A stretch of 64,000 nucleotides of DNA from Malacoraja senta (GCA_038087875.1 CM075983.1:34782001-34846000); one strand, 5' to 3'. Counted from the stretch's first letter, positions 39,267 through 52,559 are shown. The notes: generated by a model from the letters alone, not told the origin. Numbers and translations are program-made.

Positions 39267-39889
39267 CCGGCCAGGACTTCAGCTTCGGCGGCGGCACAGC
39301 GCTGAAGCACCATCGCGGAGCGGGCGATGCCTAACCCGGGTCGCCGTGCAGCAAGCTCCAGAGTGCTGTGACAGCCGGCACCAACATCGCAAAGCTGCGG
39401 TCTGTGGTCTGCGGTCTGCGGTCAGCGGTCTGCGGAGCTTCCAGCCACGGGCGGCGCTGTGCTTTAAACACCGCGGAGCCTGGGATCTCACGACGAGGTC
39501 GCCAGAGTCGGAGCATCGACCAGCGCGGCTCGTGGACTTCGGGAGCCATGGTCTCCTGGGAGGTAGCGGCCGCTCCAGACACTCCGGGCCGCTGAGAGTG
39601 TTCACCCGACGCCGGAGCTTCATCATCCGGCGAGAGGGCCTGAGGCATCGGGCTGCCATATCGGCGACTGCAGAGGCCTCAATAGGCCCCGACTATGGGT
39701 GAACTGGGGATGGGACTGGACTTTGCTGCCTTCCCCCACAGTGGGAACCATTGTGGGGGGATGTTTTTATGTTATTGTTAAATTCTTTAATGTTATCTTT
39801 ATTTGTGTGCTGCATGGCAAGTCAAATTTCACTACACCAATTGGTGTATGTGACAATAAATGTTTATCTACTGTATCTATCTATCTATC
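39267..39889 (+). mobile_element. GC-rich non-coding retroposon inserted in the 5' LTR
   Basis: Absent from the 3' LTR; tail AAATTTCACTACACCAATTGGTGTATGTGACAATAAA plus (CTAT)n; homologous to 47090-47979. Confidence 0.85.
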
Positions 39890-40981
39890 TAGCAGGTCGG
39901 AGTTGTGATGACTGCTGATCCTTGCTGCATGTAGATTTAATAAATATGTGTTGTATCCTGGTGTGTGTTCGAGTCAACTCATTACATGGTGTCAGAGAGT
40001 GAATCTTGCCCATTCTGCTCATGTTTATCGGGTTTTATTTTCTTTTGATTATTTTGTGTGTTTTTTAATCTTAATCATGGCAAACTCATGTCGCCGTCCA
40101 AGTCCTCTGATCTTTGATTCTGACATTGCTGAATGCTGGCATCTTTTCGAGCGTGACTACACTCATTATGCTTGCATCGTCCAGCGACAAACAGACCCAT
40201 ACATTTCCATTTTATATTGTTAAGGAGATTCAGAGACTTTGCTCGGTATCAATGCATGCCATGATCTAGGCCTGGTTTACTTTGGCCGCACGGTCCATAA
40301 ACTCTGTCTCGCTGATGGACCCACACAACAGCTACTCTCTCAATATAAAGAACTGTTTAACGATGAGCTTGGCAAGTTGTCTATCAAATACCACATTGCT
40401 GTTGATCCCAAAGTTACTCCTGTGGTCAGAGCACCACATCGTGTCCCGTATGCCATGCGCGGCCATGCACTGAACTCAAGCACATGGTCTCCATGGGTGT
40501 TATTGCTGAAGTTACTGACCCGTCTGACTGGGTTTCCACCATGGTCGTTGCAACAAAGAAAAACAAGGAGGAGATCTGTATCTGCTTCAACCCCAGAGAT
40601 CTTTATACTGCCATTAAACGCCCGCATTACTCAATGCGAACGACAGAAGAAGTTGCTGCCCAGATAGGCAATGTAGCAGTATTCTCAGTTCTGGATGCCA
40701 AAAGCTTGTTTCGGCAGATTCCACTGGACCCAGACTCGTCCAATCTCACTATGTTCGGCACCCCCTTTGGCCGATACAAATTTCTGTGAATGCTCTTTGG
40801 CATCAACTCCGCCAGCGAAGTTTTCCAGCGCACTATGAAACAATTGTTTGCAGAGTATCCATGCACTATCATTGTCGATGATATTCTCATCTACGGACGT
40901 GATCTGGCTGAACATGACACCAATCTGAAGAAAGTACTCGACCTTGCCAAAGACATTCAGCTCAAACTCAATCCCCTGAAG

Positions 40982-41676
40982 GTTGAAATGGTCAAGAGCT
41001 TCAAATTCCTGGGCGTGCACATCTCTGAAGATCTTTCCTGGTCCGAGAACACTGATGCCATTATTAAGAAAGCACATCAGCGCCTCTACTTCCTGAGAAG
41101 ATTACGGAGAGTCGGTTTGTCAAGGAGGACTCTCTCTAACTTCTACAGGTGCACAGTAGAGAGCATGCTGACCGGTTGCATCGTGGCTTGGTTCGGCAAC
41201 TTGAGCGCCCTGGAGAGGAAAAGACTACAAAAAGTAGTAAACACTGCCCAGTCCATCATCGGCTCTGACCTCCCTTCCATCAAGGGGATCTATCGCAGTC
41301 GCTGCCTCAAAAAGGCTGGCAGTATCATCAAGGACCCACACCATCCTGGCCACACACCCATATCCCTTCTACCTTCAGGTAGAAGGTACAGGAGCCTGAA
41401 GACTGCAACGACCAGGTTCAGGAATAGCTACTTCCCCACAGCCATCAGGCTATTAAAGTTGGCTCGGACAAAACTCTGAACTTTAATAGCCCATTAACTG
41501 TTATTTGCACTTTATCAGTTTATTTATTCATGTGTGTATATTTTTATAGAATGGTATATGGACACACTGATCTGTTTTGTAGTCAATGCCTACTATGTTC
41601 TGTTGTGCTGAAGCAAAGCAAGAATTTCATTGTCCTATCAGGGACACATGACAATAAATTCACTTGAACCTGAACT
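40982..41676 (+). mobile_element. Young Rex1/Babar 3' fragment inserted in the Gypsy RT
   Basis: TGAAG duplicated at 40977-40981 and 41677-41681; FKFLGVHISEDLSW...RFRNSYFP; (TTGAAC)n tail. Confidence 0.92.
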
Positions 41677-44600
41677 TGAAGTGCAGGTTTCGAGTTCCAG
41701 AGGTTACTTACGTCGGACATGAGTTCACAAGTGATGGTCTCAAACCAGACCCGTCGAAAACTACAGCTATCAACGAAATGTTGGTTCCTACTGATGTCGT
41801 AAGCTTACAAAGGTTCCTCGGAATGGTCAACTACCTGGGTAAATTTATTCCCAACCTCAGCGACATGTCTGCCCCCCTACGAGAACTGACACAAAAGGAC
41901 GCGGCATGGTCCTGGTACCCGCAGCACCAAACAGCTTTTGACACTCTCAAATTGCAGCTGGCTAGCGCACCTACTCTCGCCTACTTTGCTTTGGATTTGC
42001 CAGTAACACTCATGTGTGATGTGTCCCAGTACGGGCTAGGCGCAGCGTGCCTACAGGCCACTACCGATGGCAATTTCACGCCCGTTTCGTACGCCTCCCG
42101 TATGCTGACTGATACAGAACAGCGTTACACCCAGATCGAAAAGGAACTGCTCGCAGTGGTTTTCGCCTGCACTAAATTCAAGGACTTTATCTGTGGAAAA
42201 TCTGTGACTATCGAGGCTGACCACCAGCCGCTGGTCACCATTTTGAACAAACCCATCCACGCTGCCCCAGCATGACTACAGCGAATGATGATGCAACTTC
42301 AGCGATTTGATTTCAACATCGTCTACAAGAAAAGTAAAGACATGCACATAGCAGACACGCTATCTAGAGCCCCGTGTAAAACCAACGAACAACAACTCTA
42401 CGAACAGGACAAATTCTCAGTAATGAAGGTTTCGTTTGTGCCAACTGATTGTTTGAGCAGCCTAGCAGAACACACGGCTGCTAATGAGACCTTACAATTA
42501 CTGTCTGCAGCCATCCGGACAAAAGCTGGCCGGACAAACAAAATTAACGCCCCACTCGAGATATGCCCATACTTCCTGGTTCACGATGAACTAGTATTAC
42601 AGGACGCAATTATTGTCAAGGGCCAAAAGGCAGTGGGCCCAGCAGCCCTCCGGGACAAATACTTTGACGACATCCACAGGGGCCACCCTGGCGTGGAGGC
42701 AACCCTCCAAAGGGCGCAAAGCATGTTTTACTGGCTCGGAATGACCAAATACATACGAGAAAAAACGAAGTTGGCGCCATCTGCAAAAGCCTGATGCCAC
42801 ATCAGCAAAACCAGCCTTTACTGCCGCACCCAGTACCCCCTCTCCCGTGGTCCACGTTAGCCACCGACATCTTCGAATGGCATGGGAAACACTATCTAGA
42901 TTCTTACTCTGGCTGGTTCAAAATTGACTTACTTCAAACCACTACTTCTGAAGCAGTTATCGAAAAGTTGCAGCGCCACCTCTCCGTGCACGGCTCCCCT
43001 GCACGCATCCAGTCCGACAATGGCAGGCAGTTCATCAGCCAAGCTTTTAAAAAGTTTTCACAACGATGGGACTTTCAACATATTACCAGCAGCCCTGAGT
43101 TCCCACTGTCCAACGGATTCGCCGGAATGCGCTGTCCAGAGTGCAAAACAACTCATGGAGTGTTCATACCTTGCCAAATCAGACGTGTACCTGGACTTGC
43201 TCAACCTAAGGAATGTTGCACAGGATCCCATACTGGGTTCTCCAGCCCAATGACTGATGTCTCGACAAACCCATGCTCCTCTGCTTGTGTCCCAGCAGCT
43301 TCTGCAGCCACAAGTTCGTTCCCCGACTGCAGTTCAGAAGCAACTACAATCCAAATGTGACACGCAGAAACGCTTCTTCGACAAGTCCAGCAAGCCACTT
43401 AACCCTCTCGCTCGTGGACAAGTGGTCCGTCTACAGACAAACAAGGTCTCTGCACGTCTGAGACACATCTACGGCCCTGCCAAAGAGCCGCGCTCCTATC
43501 TGATCAAAGCGGACAGGGTCATCTACAGACGCAACTGTCAACATGTCCTTCCAGTGAAGGAACAGCATCCTGTGACTCTGTAACCTGATGCCTCACGTTT
43601 CGTGTACCCTCCCACAGTCGGTCCCACTTCCCCACTGCCGCCTATTGTTCCCATTGCGGTTTCCCCATGGCATTTGGTGTCTAGCTTGCCTATCTCGTCA
43701 CCCTCCCTGCCTGTCAGGCCGTCGGTTGTTTCCCCATTTCCCTCCCTGGTTTCTTCTCCAGTGAAAGGAGGTGAGGGGGACTCGTTCAGCACACGGGCCG
43801 GAAGGGTTTGCAGGCCACCCGTTAGATATGGCGATTTTGTGTAATTCTGCAAATGTATTATTAATATCCCACCTCTATTGCTTAGCCAGTGATGCTTCTT
43901 TTGTTTCTACAAGGAAGGATGTAGATTGGCTACTTCATACTAGCCAATTATAGTGTTTGTCGGTGGTGACTCCACCTACTATGTACTTTATATTATCAAG
44001 AGCCTGCTTACGCTAGTTAGAATGAGTAGCAGCTCGGAGATGTGATGACTGCTGATCCTTGCTGTATGTAGATTTCATAAATATGTGTGTTGTATCCTGA
44101 TGTGTGTTTGAGTTGACCCATTACTACCACAACTAGAGAGCAGTCCTGAACTATTATGTACCTCATTGGAGACCCTTGGACTATCTTTGATTGGACTTTA
44201 CTGTTATTCTCTTATCATGTATCTATAAATGGCTCGATCGTAATCATGTATTGTCTTTCTGCTGACTGGTTAGCACTCAACAAAGGTTTTTCACTGTACC
44301 TCGGCACACATGACAATAAAATGAACTCAACTCATGAGGATCGTCATACTCGACTTCGAGTGATTGCCAATGATGATGATGTTTATCCATGTTGCCCTTC
44401 CTAAATAAATGAACAACATTAGCTATCCTCCAGTCTTTTAGTATGTTATTTGTTGTTAATGTAGATACAAGTATCTCTTTCAAGACTCCAGTTATCTCTT
44501 CCCTTACTTCCCATACATCAAGGTTAGATGGCATCCAGATGTGGTGATTTATCAACTCTTAACAAGTTCCATGTCATCCAACACCTCTGTCCCTACTCAT

Positions 44601-46694
44601 CTCCTAGATCATGTTCAAAGCTCTCCCAGTTGTCTCCTCAGCACATTCCCCAATATTCTTCATCCTCAATCTTCCACTGCAGCCCATTCCACTTTCACTC
44701 AAATATACTTCGGTGACCATCGCCTCATTGCACCTCATCGCAATCCTTTCTCCCATTTCCTAAACACCCAATGACTTCCATATTCTACCTAATCTCAAGC
44801 ATCAATCATCTCCCATCCCTCATCGGCAATCTGCTGCGCAATACTCCTTCTGTGACCTCGACTCCAAGAAATGATGGGGGACTACAGAGGAAAGAGCTTA
44901 ATATGTGATAAATTGCATTAGGCCTATTCTCAGAGCAGAGTTTCATTAAAATTGGCATACCAAATTGGCATGGGATTCTCAAACATGCAGAGTACTTGCA
45001 GAATATTTTGCCCTGCAATTCTCAAAGTCCAATTGAGCTAGTTTTCCATCAGTGAAATTGCAGACTATTTTTTCCAAAAGGGTCTAACATTTTCTCTGTG
45101 TGATTTAAGCATAGGGAGCAAGGTCGGGTGCCAAGCCAGAATAAGCACAATCCCACACAGATTTGTATATTGTTGTTCTTACTCAAACTTACCTTTAGTT
45201 CTCATAGTTGCCCTGTGAATTAGCCCTCCTATATTCATTACTATCAATCAATGTGGATTTGATCTGCCTTCCAATTAATGTTTTATAATTTTTTTATTCT
45301 GAGCAACCGACGCCTATAAAACTCACCAGTGAGGCTGTAGGCCATTTGAAGCTGCAACAGATTATGGAAATTAAACCTCTTTATTTACATATATTTACTT
45401 AATTCCTCATTACTAATACTTCTAACCTCCCTAATGGGCAGGTATTTCCCCATTACTGGTACTTCTCAAGGTGTGTACTTCTCCACACCCTGTTCCCATG
45501 TAAACACTAATAGCACAGTGATCATTGTGACTCCCTTTCCTTTGTCTGCATCAGGGATTATCACTGTTTATTTTTTTTAAACAACTACACATCCCAAAGA
45601 ATTCTTAATTTGTAAAGGTCTTGTTTTTGCTCACCTGGTGTAATTTGTATTCTTGGAATAATTCTTTGCCTCATATAATGAATGGTACATATATTTACTG
45701 CATAAGATCCATAAACATCAGTTTGATCAAATTCTCCTGGATATATTTATTATTCCTGTGACCATAATCTTCACTCATGGCTTCCAAAAAGTACTTTTTC
45801 ATACATGGTCTATCTGATTTTGGTTTTGTTCCCAACCCTGTTAACTCTGGAAGTCCCCTAGAACCAAACCTTTGGATTCCTTCTCCACAACTCCTTGTCA
45901 TTCATGTCAAATTTAATAAATATGCTGATAATACTCAGTTCTATCCATCAAATGCTTGAAGCTTTATGTTCTACGCTCCCCCTATTTATCCATCCCTCAT
46001 CACTTATCTCAGATTGGTCACAATATTTACCTGGCATCAAATATAGGATGACCATAAATTATCTACAACCAAGTATGGGAAAGAATTGAAACATTTTTTT
46101 GTGATTCCCACTACAAATCCAGCTTGGTATATCTGTACAGGTGAGTATGTTCTGCTCCTTGAACATATGTGCGTGAGCATATCATGATCTGGTTGGTTTT
46201 GATATTTAGATGGTGTACCAGGAGCTTAAAGCCTCAACGATTTGTCTGGGCTGCGCTGATCAATCGACTACGGTCTCTTAGGCATTTGTGAACACAATAT
46301 AGCTGGTTATTTGCATCTGAATCATGAAATATTCTGAAACTTAGCCAAGCAGTTCCCATGCCTGGAACTTTGTCACTAAAACTACGTTCTCTTCCCTAAA
46401 ATATTAATAGTGTCAATGACTTCAACTCATATGCTTCTGAACCAAAATACTTGCCTTTGTTGCCTTTGGATAATTACTCATATTGTCACCAGTCTGGCCT
46501 CTCATCTAACTTTAAAAATATGTATCTCCCATATTTTAACTAGCAGTGTCTTATTCATCTCGCTTGCCTATGTTTGCTGACTTGTAACGACTCCTGCCTT
46601 AAATATACATCAATTTTAAAATTATTTTGTTGATGTTCTAATCCTTTCCTGGATCTGCCGACTAATTTTCAAACCTTTCAAATTTTCCCAATTT

Positions 46695-47050
46695 CACAAG
46701 TTCACAGGTTATAGGAGTAGAATTAGGCCATTTGGCCCATCGAGTCTACTCTGCCATTCAATCGTGGCTGATCTCTGCCTCCTAATCCCATTTTTCTGCC
46801 TACTCCCAATAACCCTTGACACCCGTTCTAATCAAGAATTTGTCTATCTCTGCCTTAAAATTATCCACTGGATTGACCTCCACAGCCCTCTGTGGCAATG
46901 AGTTCCACAGATTAACTCTCCTCTGACTAAAGAAGATCCTCCTCACCTCCTTTCTAAAACAGTGCACTTTAATTCTGATGCTATGACTTCTGGTCCTAGA
47001 CTCTCCCACTAGGGGAAAAATCCTTTGCACATCCACTCTATCTATGCTTC
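46695..47050 (-). mobile_element. CR1 3' fragment
   Basis: ORF 46800-47066 FPLVGESRTR...FFSQRRVNLWNSLP; CR1 tail. Confidence 0.85.
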
Positions 47051-47089
47051 TAACTAGGAAGGTCATCTGTTGTCAGTCCAGATTTGTTC

Positions 47090-47979
47090 CCAGCTGCCCA
47101 GGTGAAAGACCGCTAGGGGCGCCACACCGACGGCAGCCTCTGCCTGCAGCCTGTTTGTCCTTTCAATCTTTTTTTAATTTTTGGTTAGTTTAAAGTCCGT
47201 TTTTGGTGGAAACTTTAACTTTTTTATGTGGGGGAGGGGGACAGGGTAAGGGGGAAACTGTTTCCCAGTCGCTTCCTGGCGGGGATGCGACTATTTCTCC
47301 GAGTCGCGTCCTCGCCCCCCACCTCGCGGCCTACCAGCTGGATCGGAGCGGCCTTTCCTGCCGGGGACCGGGAACCGGACCAGAGCAACAACAGAGGCGG
47401 CGCAGTGCTGAATTCACCGCGGAGCGGGCGATGCCGACCTGGATCGCCGTTTGGAGCTCCGGAGCATTGGGCCGCTGCTCCAACATCGCTGAGCTGTGGT
47501 TTGGGTGAGCTTCCAACGCGGATGGCGCTGAACAACTTCGTGGAGTCCTCGGGCCCTTCGCCGACGGCCGCCAGCATTGCATCTCCGCCCGGGCAGCCTG
47601 CGGACTTTGGGAGCCACGGACTCCGGTAGGAGGGGGCCGACTCTGATGTCCAGGCCGCTGAGGATGTCCCCCAGCCCCGACGCCGGAGTTACATCACCCC
47701 GGCGAGCAGGCCTGAACATCGGGCCGCCCATAACGGCGACTGCGGAGGGCTCGGGGAGGCCCCGACCACGGGTGAACATTGGGGAACATTAGAGGAAGAG
47801 ACAGACTTTGGTGCCTTCCCTCACAGTGGCTAACTTTGATTCTGCTGTGTGGGGATGTTTTATGTTGAATTCTATCGTGTGTTGTGTTCTTTATTTTAGT
47901 GTATGGCTGTATGGTGACCACACATTTCACTGTGTCAACTGGCACATGTGACAAATAAATGTATCTTGTATCTTGTATC
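47090..47979 (+). mobile_element. Longest copy of the GC-rich non-coding retroposon (Rex1-like tail)
   Basis: CpG-rich body; tail CATTTCACTGTGTCAACTGGCACATGTGACAAATAAA plus (GTATCTT)n; possible TSD TTGTTC. Confidence 0.8.
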
Positions 47980-48170
47980 TTGTTCTGGCCTGTTTATTCC
48001 ACCCCCCCTTCCACTTTCAGCCTAAATTCTTTATTTCATTCCTCTAATTCAGGTCTGGTCTCTTGAACTTATCAGATTTTAAGCCTTAGGTAATTTGTCC
48101 TGAGATTTGTCTGTAATTCACTATCACATTTAATTTTGTTTTATAATATTCATTAAGTAGTTTGGTATAA

Positions 48171-48336
48171 TAGACACAAAATGCTGAAGTATCTCAATGG
48201 GTCAGGCAGCATCTCTGGAGAAAAAGGTTGGGTGACGTTTCGGGTCTGAAGAAAGGTCCCAACCCAAAAAGTCACCCATCATTTTTCTGCAGAGATGCTG
48301 CCTGACCCATTGAGTTACTCCAGCACTTTGTGTCTA
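48171..48336. mobile_element. Palindromic Penelope pLTR derivative
   Basis: ~65-bp inverted arms around a degenerate CTGAAGA...hammerhead-like core at 48246. Confidence 0.75.
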
Positions 48337-48912
48337 TCTGCAGTTCTTTGATTGCACAAATAGTTTGGAATGTTCTGTTATGTTAGATGTGATATAATGC
48401 AAGCAGATCCTATTCTTGATCCTATGGAAATAATTATTCACCAATACACTAACTCATATATTGGTAAGTTGGATCAACCAAACTCTCTTTTCCTACTCTA
48501 GTACAAAATCTCTTACTGATCACTCAGTCAAGTGACTGCCGTTATCTTCACCACTATTGATCAGATCATTTAAGGCTTGATGCTGCATTCTCAGTTTGAT
48601 GATGTTATTGATGGAGCTTAATTTAAATTATGCAATAATTCTATTTCAGCTTTGGAAAGGCAGCCTTTGAATGATCAGAAATGTGTAATTTTCCTGATGC
48701 AAAGTGCTGACCTGAATGTTCACTGTTTTTTTTCCATCTATAGATGCTCCTCAACTCGCTGAGATTCTCCAGCAGTTTCTTTGCCATTGAACACTTTAAT
48801 GTTTTTCAAAATGTTTAAGCCTCTCTTTGAGCCTTTTATGGTTATGTGTCTGCAAGTTATGCAACAAATGACCACCACTTTGTTATTACCAACTTTGTTT
48901 ATCAGTAAATTC

Positions 48913-49181
48913 ATTGCCTTACAGTGCCAGAGACCTGGGTTTGATCCTGACTACGGGTGCTCCCTGTACGTTGTTGGAACATTCTCCCTGTAACCAGGTG
49001 GGTTTTCTCCAGGTGCTCTGGTTTCTCCCACGGTTCCAAGGATGTGCAGGTTTTTAGGTTAATTGGCTTCTGCAAATTGTCCCAAGGGTGTAGGATAGAA
49101 GTGGTGGACAGGTGATTAATGGTTGATGGGGACTCGGTTGGCCGAAGGGCCTGTATCTCTAAAACTAAAAATACTAAAACT
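48913..49181 (+). mobile_element. V-SINE (HE1-like)
   Basis: B-box-like GGGTTTGATCC, V-domain-like core, GGCCGAAGGGCCTGT tail, (AAACT)n end. Confidence 0.8.
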
Positions 49182-49529
49182 ATTTCTACTTCTCAGTGAT
49201 CTACAGTACATAGTTGTGAAATAATAATTGTTCAACTATATCCACTGAAATCCATATGAATGCCTCAATCCTGTGGTGGTTGGAGTGAATCAGATTTGGA
49301 GAGGTGGGGAGTGGAAGGTAGAGGGATTCATTCTTTAAGGATGGGTTTTGCCCATTTCCTGCATAGGTGAATGGGTTTCCAGTATTTCCTGGTTTTGTTC
49401 CTAATTTCTAGTTGTGTGCTTGACCTTTTATTCAAAAAAATGCCTCTTTAAACTTATCTAATTCTGTTGGTCATTGCTTTGCTACTCTCAGCTCATCTCA
49501 GCTGTGGAAGCCATTGGTTATGAGAGTCT

Positions 49530-50020
49530 ATGTGTTTGTTCATATTTGGCACTAGGTTCATTGTGCATCACAGCAGTATGGGCACAAGACTTGACGGCTT
49601 GGTTTTCTGTACCAGTGCTATGTTGCACATTCGCTGCAAGTTCACTCTTAATAGACAACAAGGTTACGAATCTGACTATTGCCCATCGACTGTGTCGCAA
49701 AAACAGTTCTCACAATCAGGGTTTGACAGTTATGACAGGGTTGACAATGTGGTTTCCAGAATTTGGACAAATGCAGTCATTCAGGTTTTTCAGGCTATTA
49801 CACAATTTATTACCTCAGTATGTTTGCTTTTGTATAAAAGTACATGTTTATAGTGGAGTCATACAAGTAATTATCCAGAATTCAGATGTGGCTGTATATA
49901 TCTTAAATCTTTTGCGCAATCAAGAATCCCAGCAATATCCCCTTAAAACCTGTTGACTGCACTCACACAGCAAGGCATAGCATGTGTAGACTTGTCAGCA
50001 ACAGCAACTGAAGTTGTTCA
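49530..50020 (+). pseudogene. Putative exons (~49530-49817 and 49879-50020) of the unidentified gene, with a candidate 61-nt intron
   Basis: ...FDSYDRVDNVVSRIWTNAVIQVFQAITQFITS |GTATGT (49818)...TTATCCAG (49878)| NSDVAVYILNLLRNQESQQYPL. The non-3n intron joins two different long open frames in phase. Confidence 0.45.
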
Positions 50021-52427
50021 GGTGGCTAGTTAACGCAAGATTTCAACTGCATCGAACTAGAAAATATCAGAAAGATAACAGCATTCTCTTTATCTCTTCT
50101 CTTTATGAATGTTAGTAATTCCATCCTTATCTTTTGATTTTATCTGAAATTATCAGAATTTGCCAGTTTTAATTCTGGCCAGTACTTCAGTTTGTTGTTG
50201 CATACATATGGAAGTGACAAAGAGGAGCTTAGACTTTCTGAACTGGTAAATTATTCTTGCCTAATAATTCAAAGCCAAAGAATATCTACCAAAGATTGTA
50301 TGAGCTCTAAAAAGGTAGACATTCCTTGGACATCTATAGCCATTAAGCTTCAAATAAATGTCCTGATTAAACTTGAGGTGTACGGATACAAATTGAATAA
50401 TGCATTTGGTACAATGTGAAATGTCTAAGTCACTTCTCTGCATGCCATTATTAAATGTGCAAAAATGTGCAAGGAGTCTATCAAAAACATGATACCCTGA
50501 TCAATAAGAAAAACAACATTGAGTCATTCCATCACAAATATGAAATAACAAATAAAATTATCTTTCAGTATTTGATCTAACTTTTTCATTTATACTTTTA
50601 TGTCCCCTGAACTACCAGTTTATTTGCTTTAAGATGAGATAATACAAAATCTGAACTCCCAAACTCATCGATTACAGAGTGGAAATTGATAATGCAAGAA
50701 AATTGAAAGTTCTCCAAAAGTGGATAAAAGCATTGAAAGGACACTCTAAATTTGGGAACAGAACCCTAACTGATTTATTGTCTTCTAACATATGTAATGG
50801 CTTTAAACATATTCTATCAAATGTTATCACATGATTTTTGATCAAAGCTATATTAATAATTTAAGAAGCAAAGGCTATCACAATATTACTATGTGGATCC
50901 AAGGATTGGCACAGGAGAAAAATTGATGACCAAATAATATTAATAACAGTGGTGTATTGTTCAAGAGGAATGCTGGGAATATTCAAATAATCAGAAATGA
51001 CATGTTAAGCATATGAGTTGGGCAAAAGATTGCAATATCTAATGGCACAAGAGCATTAAATGATCCCCCTGCATACGGATGTCAATGGAGGTAGAAACTT
51101 GGGAAGACCATGGATGTGCCGAGTTGCCAATATCAAGAGTGATTTATCACTGGACAGGATCCAGATGGTGGAAGCCGTGTGCTGAGTCCAAAGCCAGCGA
51201 CTGCAGAGTGAATTAATTTAACTTCAGTATTACCGTTGGGTTAATGTATGTGAATCTGGTAATAGCAAGCATTTATTACACCGAAAAAAATGCTGAGCTA
51301 ATTTGATTTTAGTTTGAACACATTACTTCTCTATCAAGATATGACATGATAGATAAAATTGTACAATCATGGAGTCATAGATCTATATAGCATGGAAACA
51401 GGCCCTTCAGCCCAAGATGTCCATGCAGACCAAGTTGCTTTGACAAAACCTATTTGGCGAAGCCTTTTGCCCAAAACCCGCCAAACCCTTTCTGTTCATA
51501 CATTTGAACAAATGTCTTTTGACAGTCATAATTGTATTTGCATCTAACCTTACACTGGTATCTCGTTCAAGACATGGACTACCACAGAGTGATAATGCTA
51601 CCCATGATGGCCCTCTTTAATCTCTCACCTCTTTTCTTAAGGTTATGCCCACTAGTTTTAGAATCCTCTACTCTGGGGAAATACTGTTCAGTTTATCCAT
51701 GCCTTTCATGATGTTGTGCACCTCAATAAAGTCACCCTTCAGCTTCCTATACTCCAAAGGAAAAGGTCATTGCCTATCCAACATCTTTCTATTACTCAAG
51801 CTCATGTCAAGGCAATATCCTGATTTTTCCTTTTTCATTTTTATGAAATCATTTGTATATCTGGGCAACCAGAATTGTGCATTATATTCCAAGTGTGGTC
51901 TCACCAACGACTTGTACAGCTGTCTTATGATGTCCCAACCTTTGTACTCAATAGCCTTCCCAATGAAGACTACCATTTACTGCCCTAGTTCACATACCAA
52001 CATCTCACACTTGTCAGAGATAACTGACACCTCAATTGGTGCAACTTTGTACATTCATTATACTCAATGAACATTGCTGTCAGTACGTTGTTGGAATGAC
52101 AGCCAGTTATAAAGTCATGGAGTCATAGATCATGGAAACAAACCTTCGGCACGACTTGCCCAAGCCGACCAAAATGCTCCATCTATACTAGTTCTACCAG
52201 CCTGTGTTTGGCCCATCTATATTATTAAAAGTAAGATCTTGACCACTTCCTGTTTTCCTGTTTCGTGATTTTAGAAAAAACGCTGCCACTTACGGCTGTG
52301 ATTTTTGGCCATCTTACTCAGAGTCCCCCTCCGCTGTGCAGGACAAGAGGATTTTCCCCATCGATGGAAAATGAAAGAGTTATTAATGTTTTAAAAATGT
52401 TGAGATTCTCTCTGCTGCCCCTGCTGG

Positions 52428-52559
52428 TGGGAGGGGGGAGGGACTATAAAATCCAGAAGTGTTGTGCCTCACTCAGTCTCTGCAAGATGGTGAAAGTGAG
52501 AGGGTCACGTCTCTCTGAGCTGTGAATAACACTGAACACATGTCTACTCAACTGTGAGT
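52428..52559 (+). promoter_or_regulatory. Putative Pol II core promoter and splice donor in the Helitron 5' module
   Basis: G-rich box, TATAAAA at 52445, Inr-like TCAGTC with A at 52475 (+30), CAAGATGG, GTGAGT at 52554. Conserved at 53340-53455 and on the minus strand at ~5562-5663. Confidence 0.55.

Larger units (their letters stand above)
39161..44123 (+). mobile_element. Gypsy LTR retrotransposon (Mag-like/K02A2.6-like), internally deleted and decayed
   Basis: LTRs 39161-39986 (with insertion) and 43920-44123; PBS TGGTGTCAGA (tRNA-Leu-like) at 39987; PPT AAGGAAGGA; CTAC duplicated (terminal CA of the 3' LTR lost). Gag start MANSCRRPSPLIFD joined to the protease end; RT IVDD, RNase H, integrase (HRGHPG, SDNGRQF). 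Confidence 0.92.
38980..44335 (+). mobile_element. Rex1/Babar 3' fragment split by the Gypsy element (38980-39160 and 44124-44335)
   Basis: ASSIIKD...PLPLLPS...RFRDSF remnants; the 3'UTR resumes after the LTR and ends GGCACACATGACAATAAA. Confidence 0.7.

Noticed and set aside
47203-47792. GC-rich overlapping ORFs or a CpG-island gene (also 39279-39702 and 32440-33168)
   Set aside because: They lie inside interspersed repeats; the open frames reflect high GC and are not conserved between copies.
49474-49956. 160-aa ORF as a stand-alone membrane protein gene
   Set aside because: Non-ATG start and no recognisable domain; better explained as overlapping putative exons in two frames.
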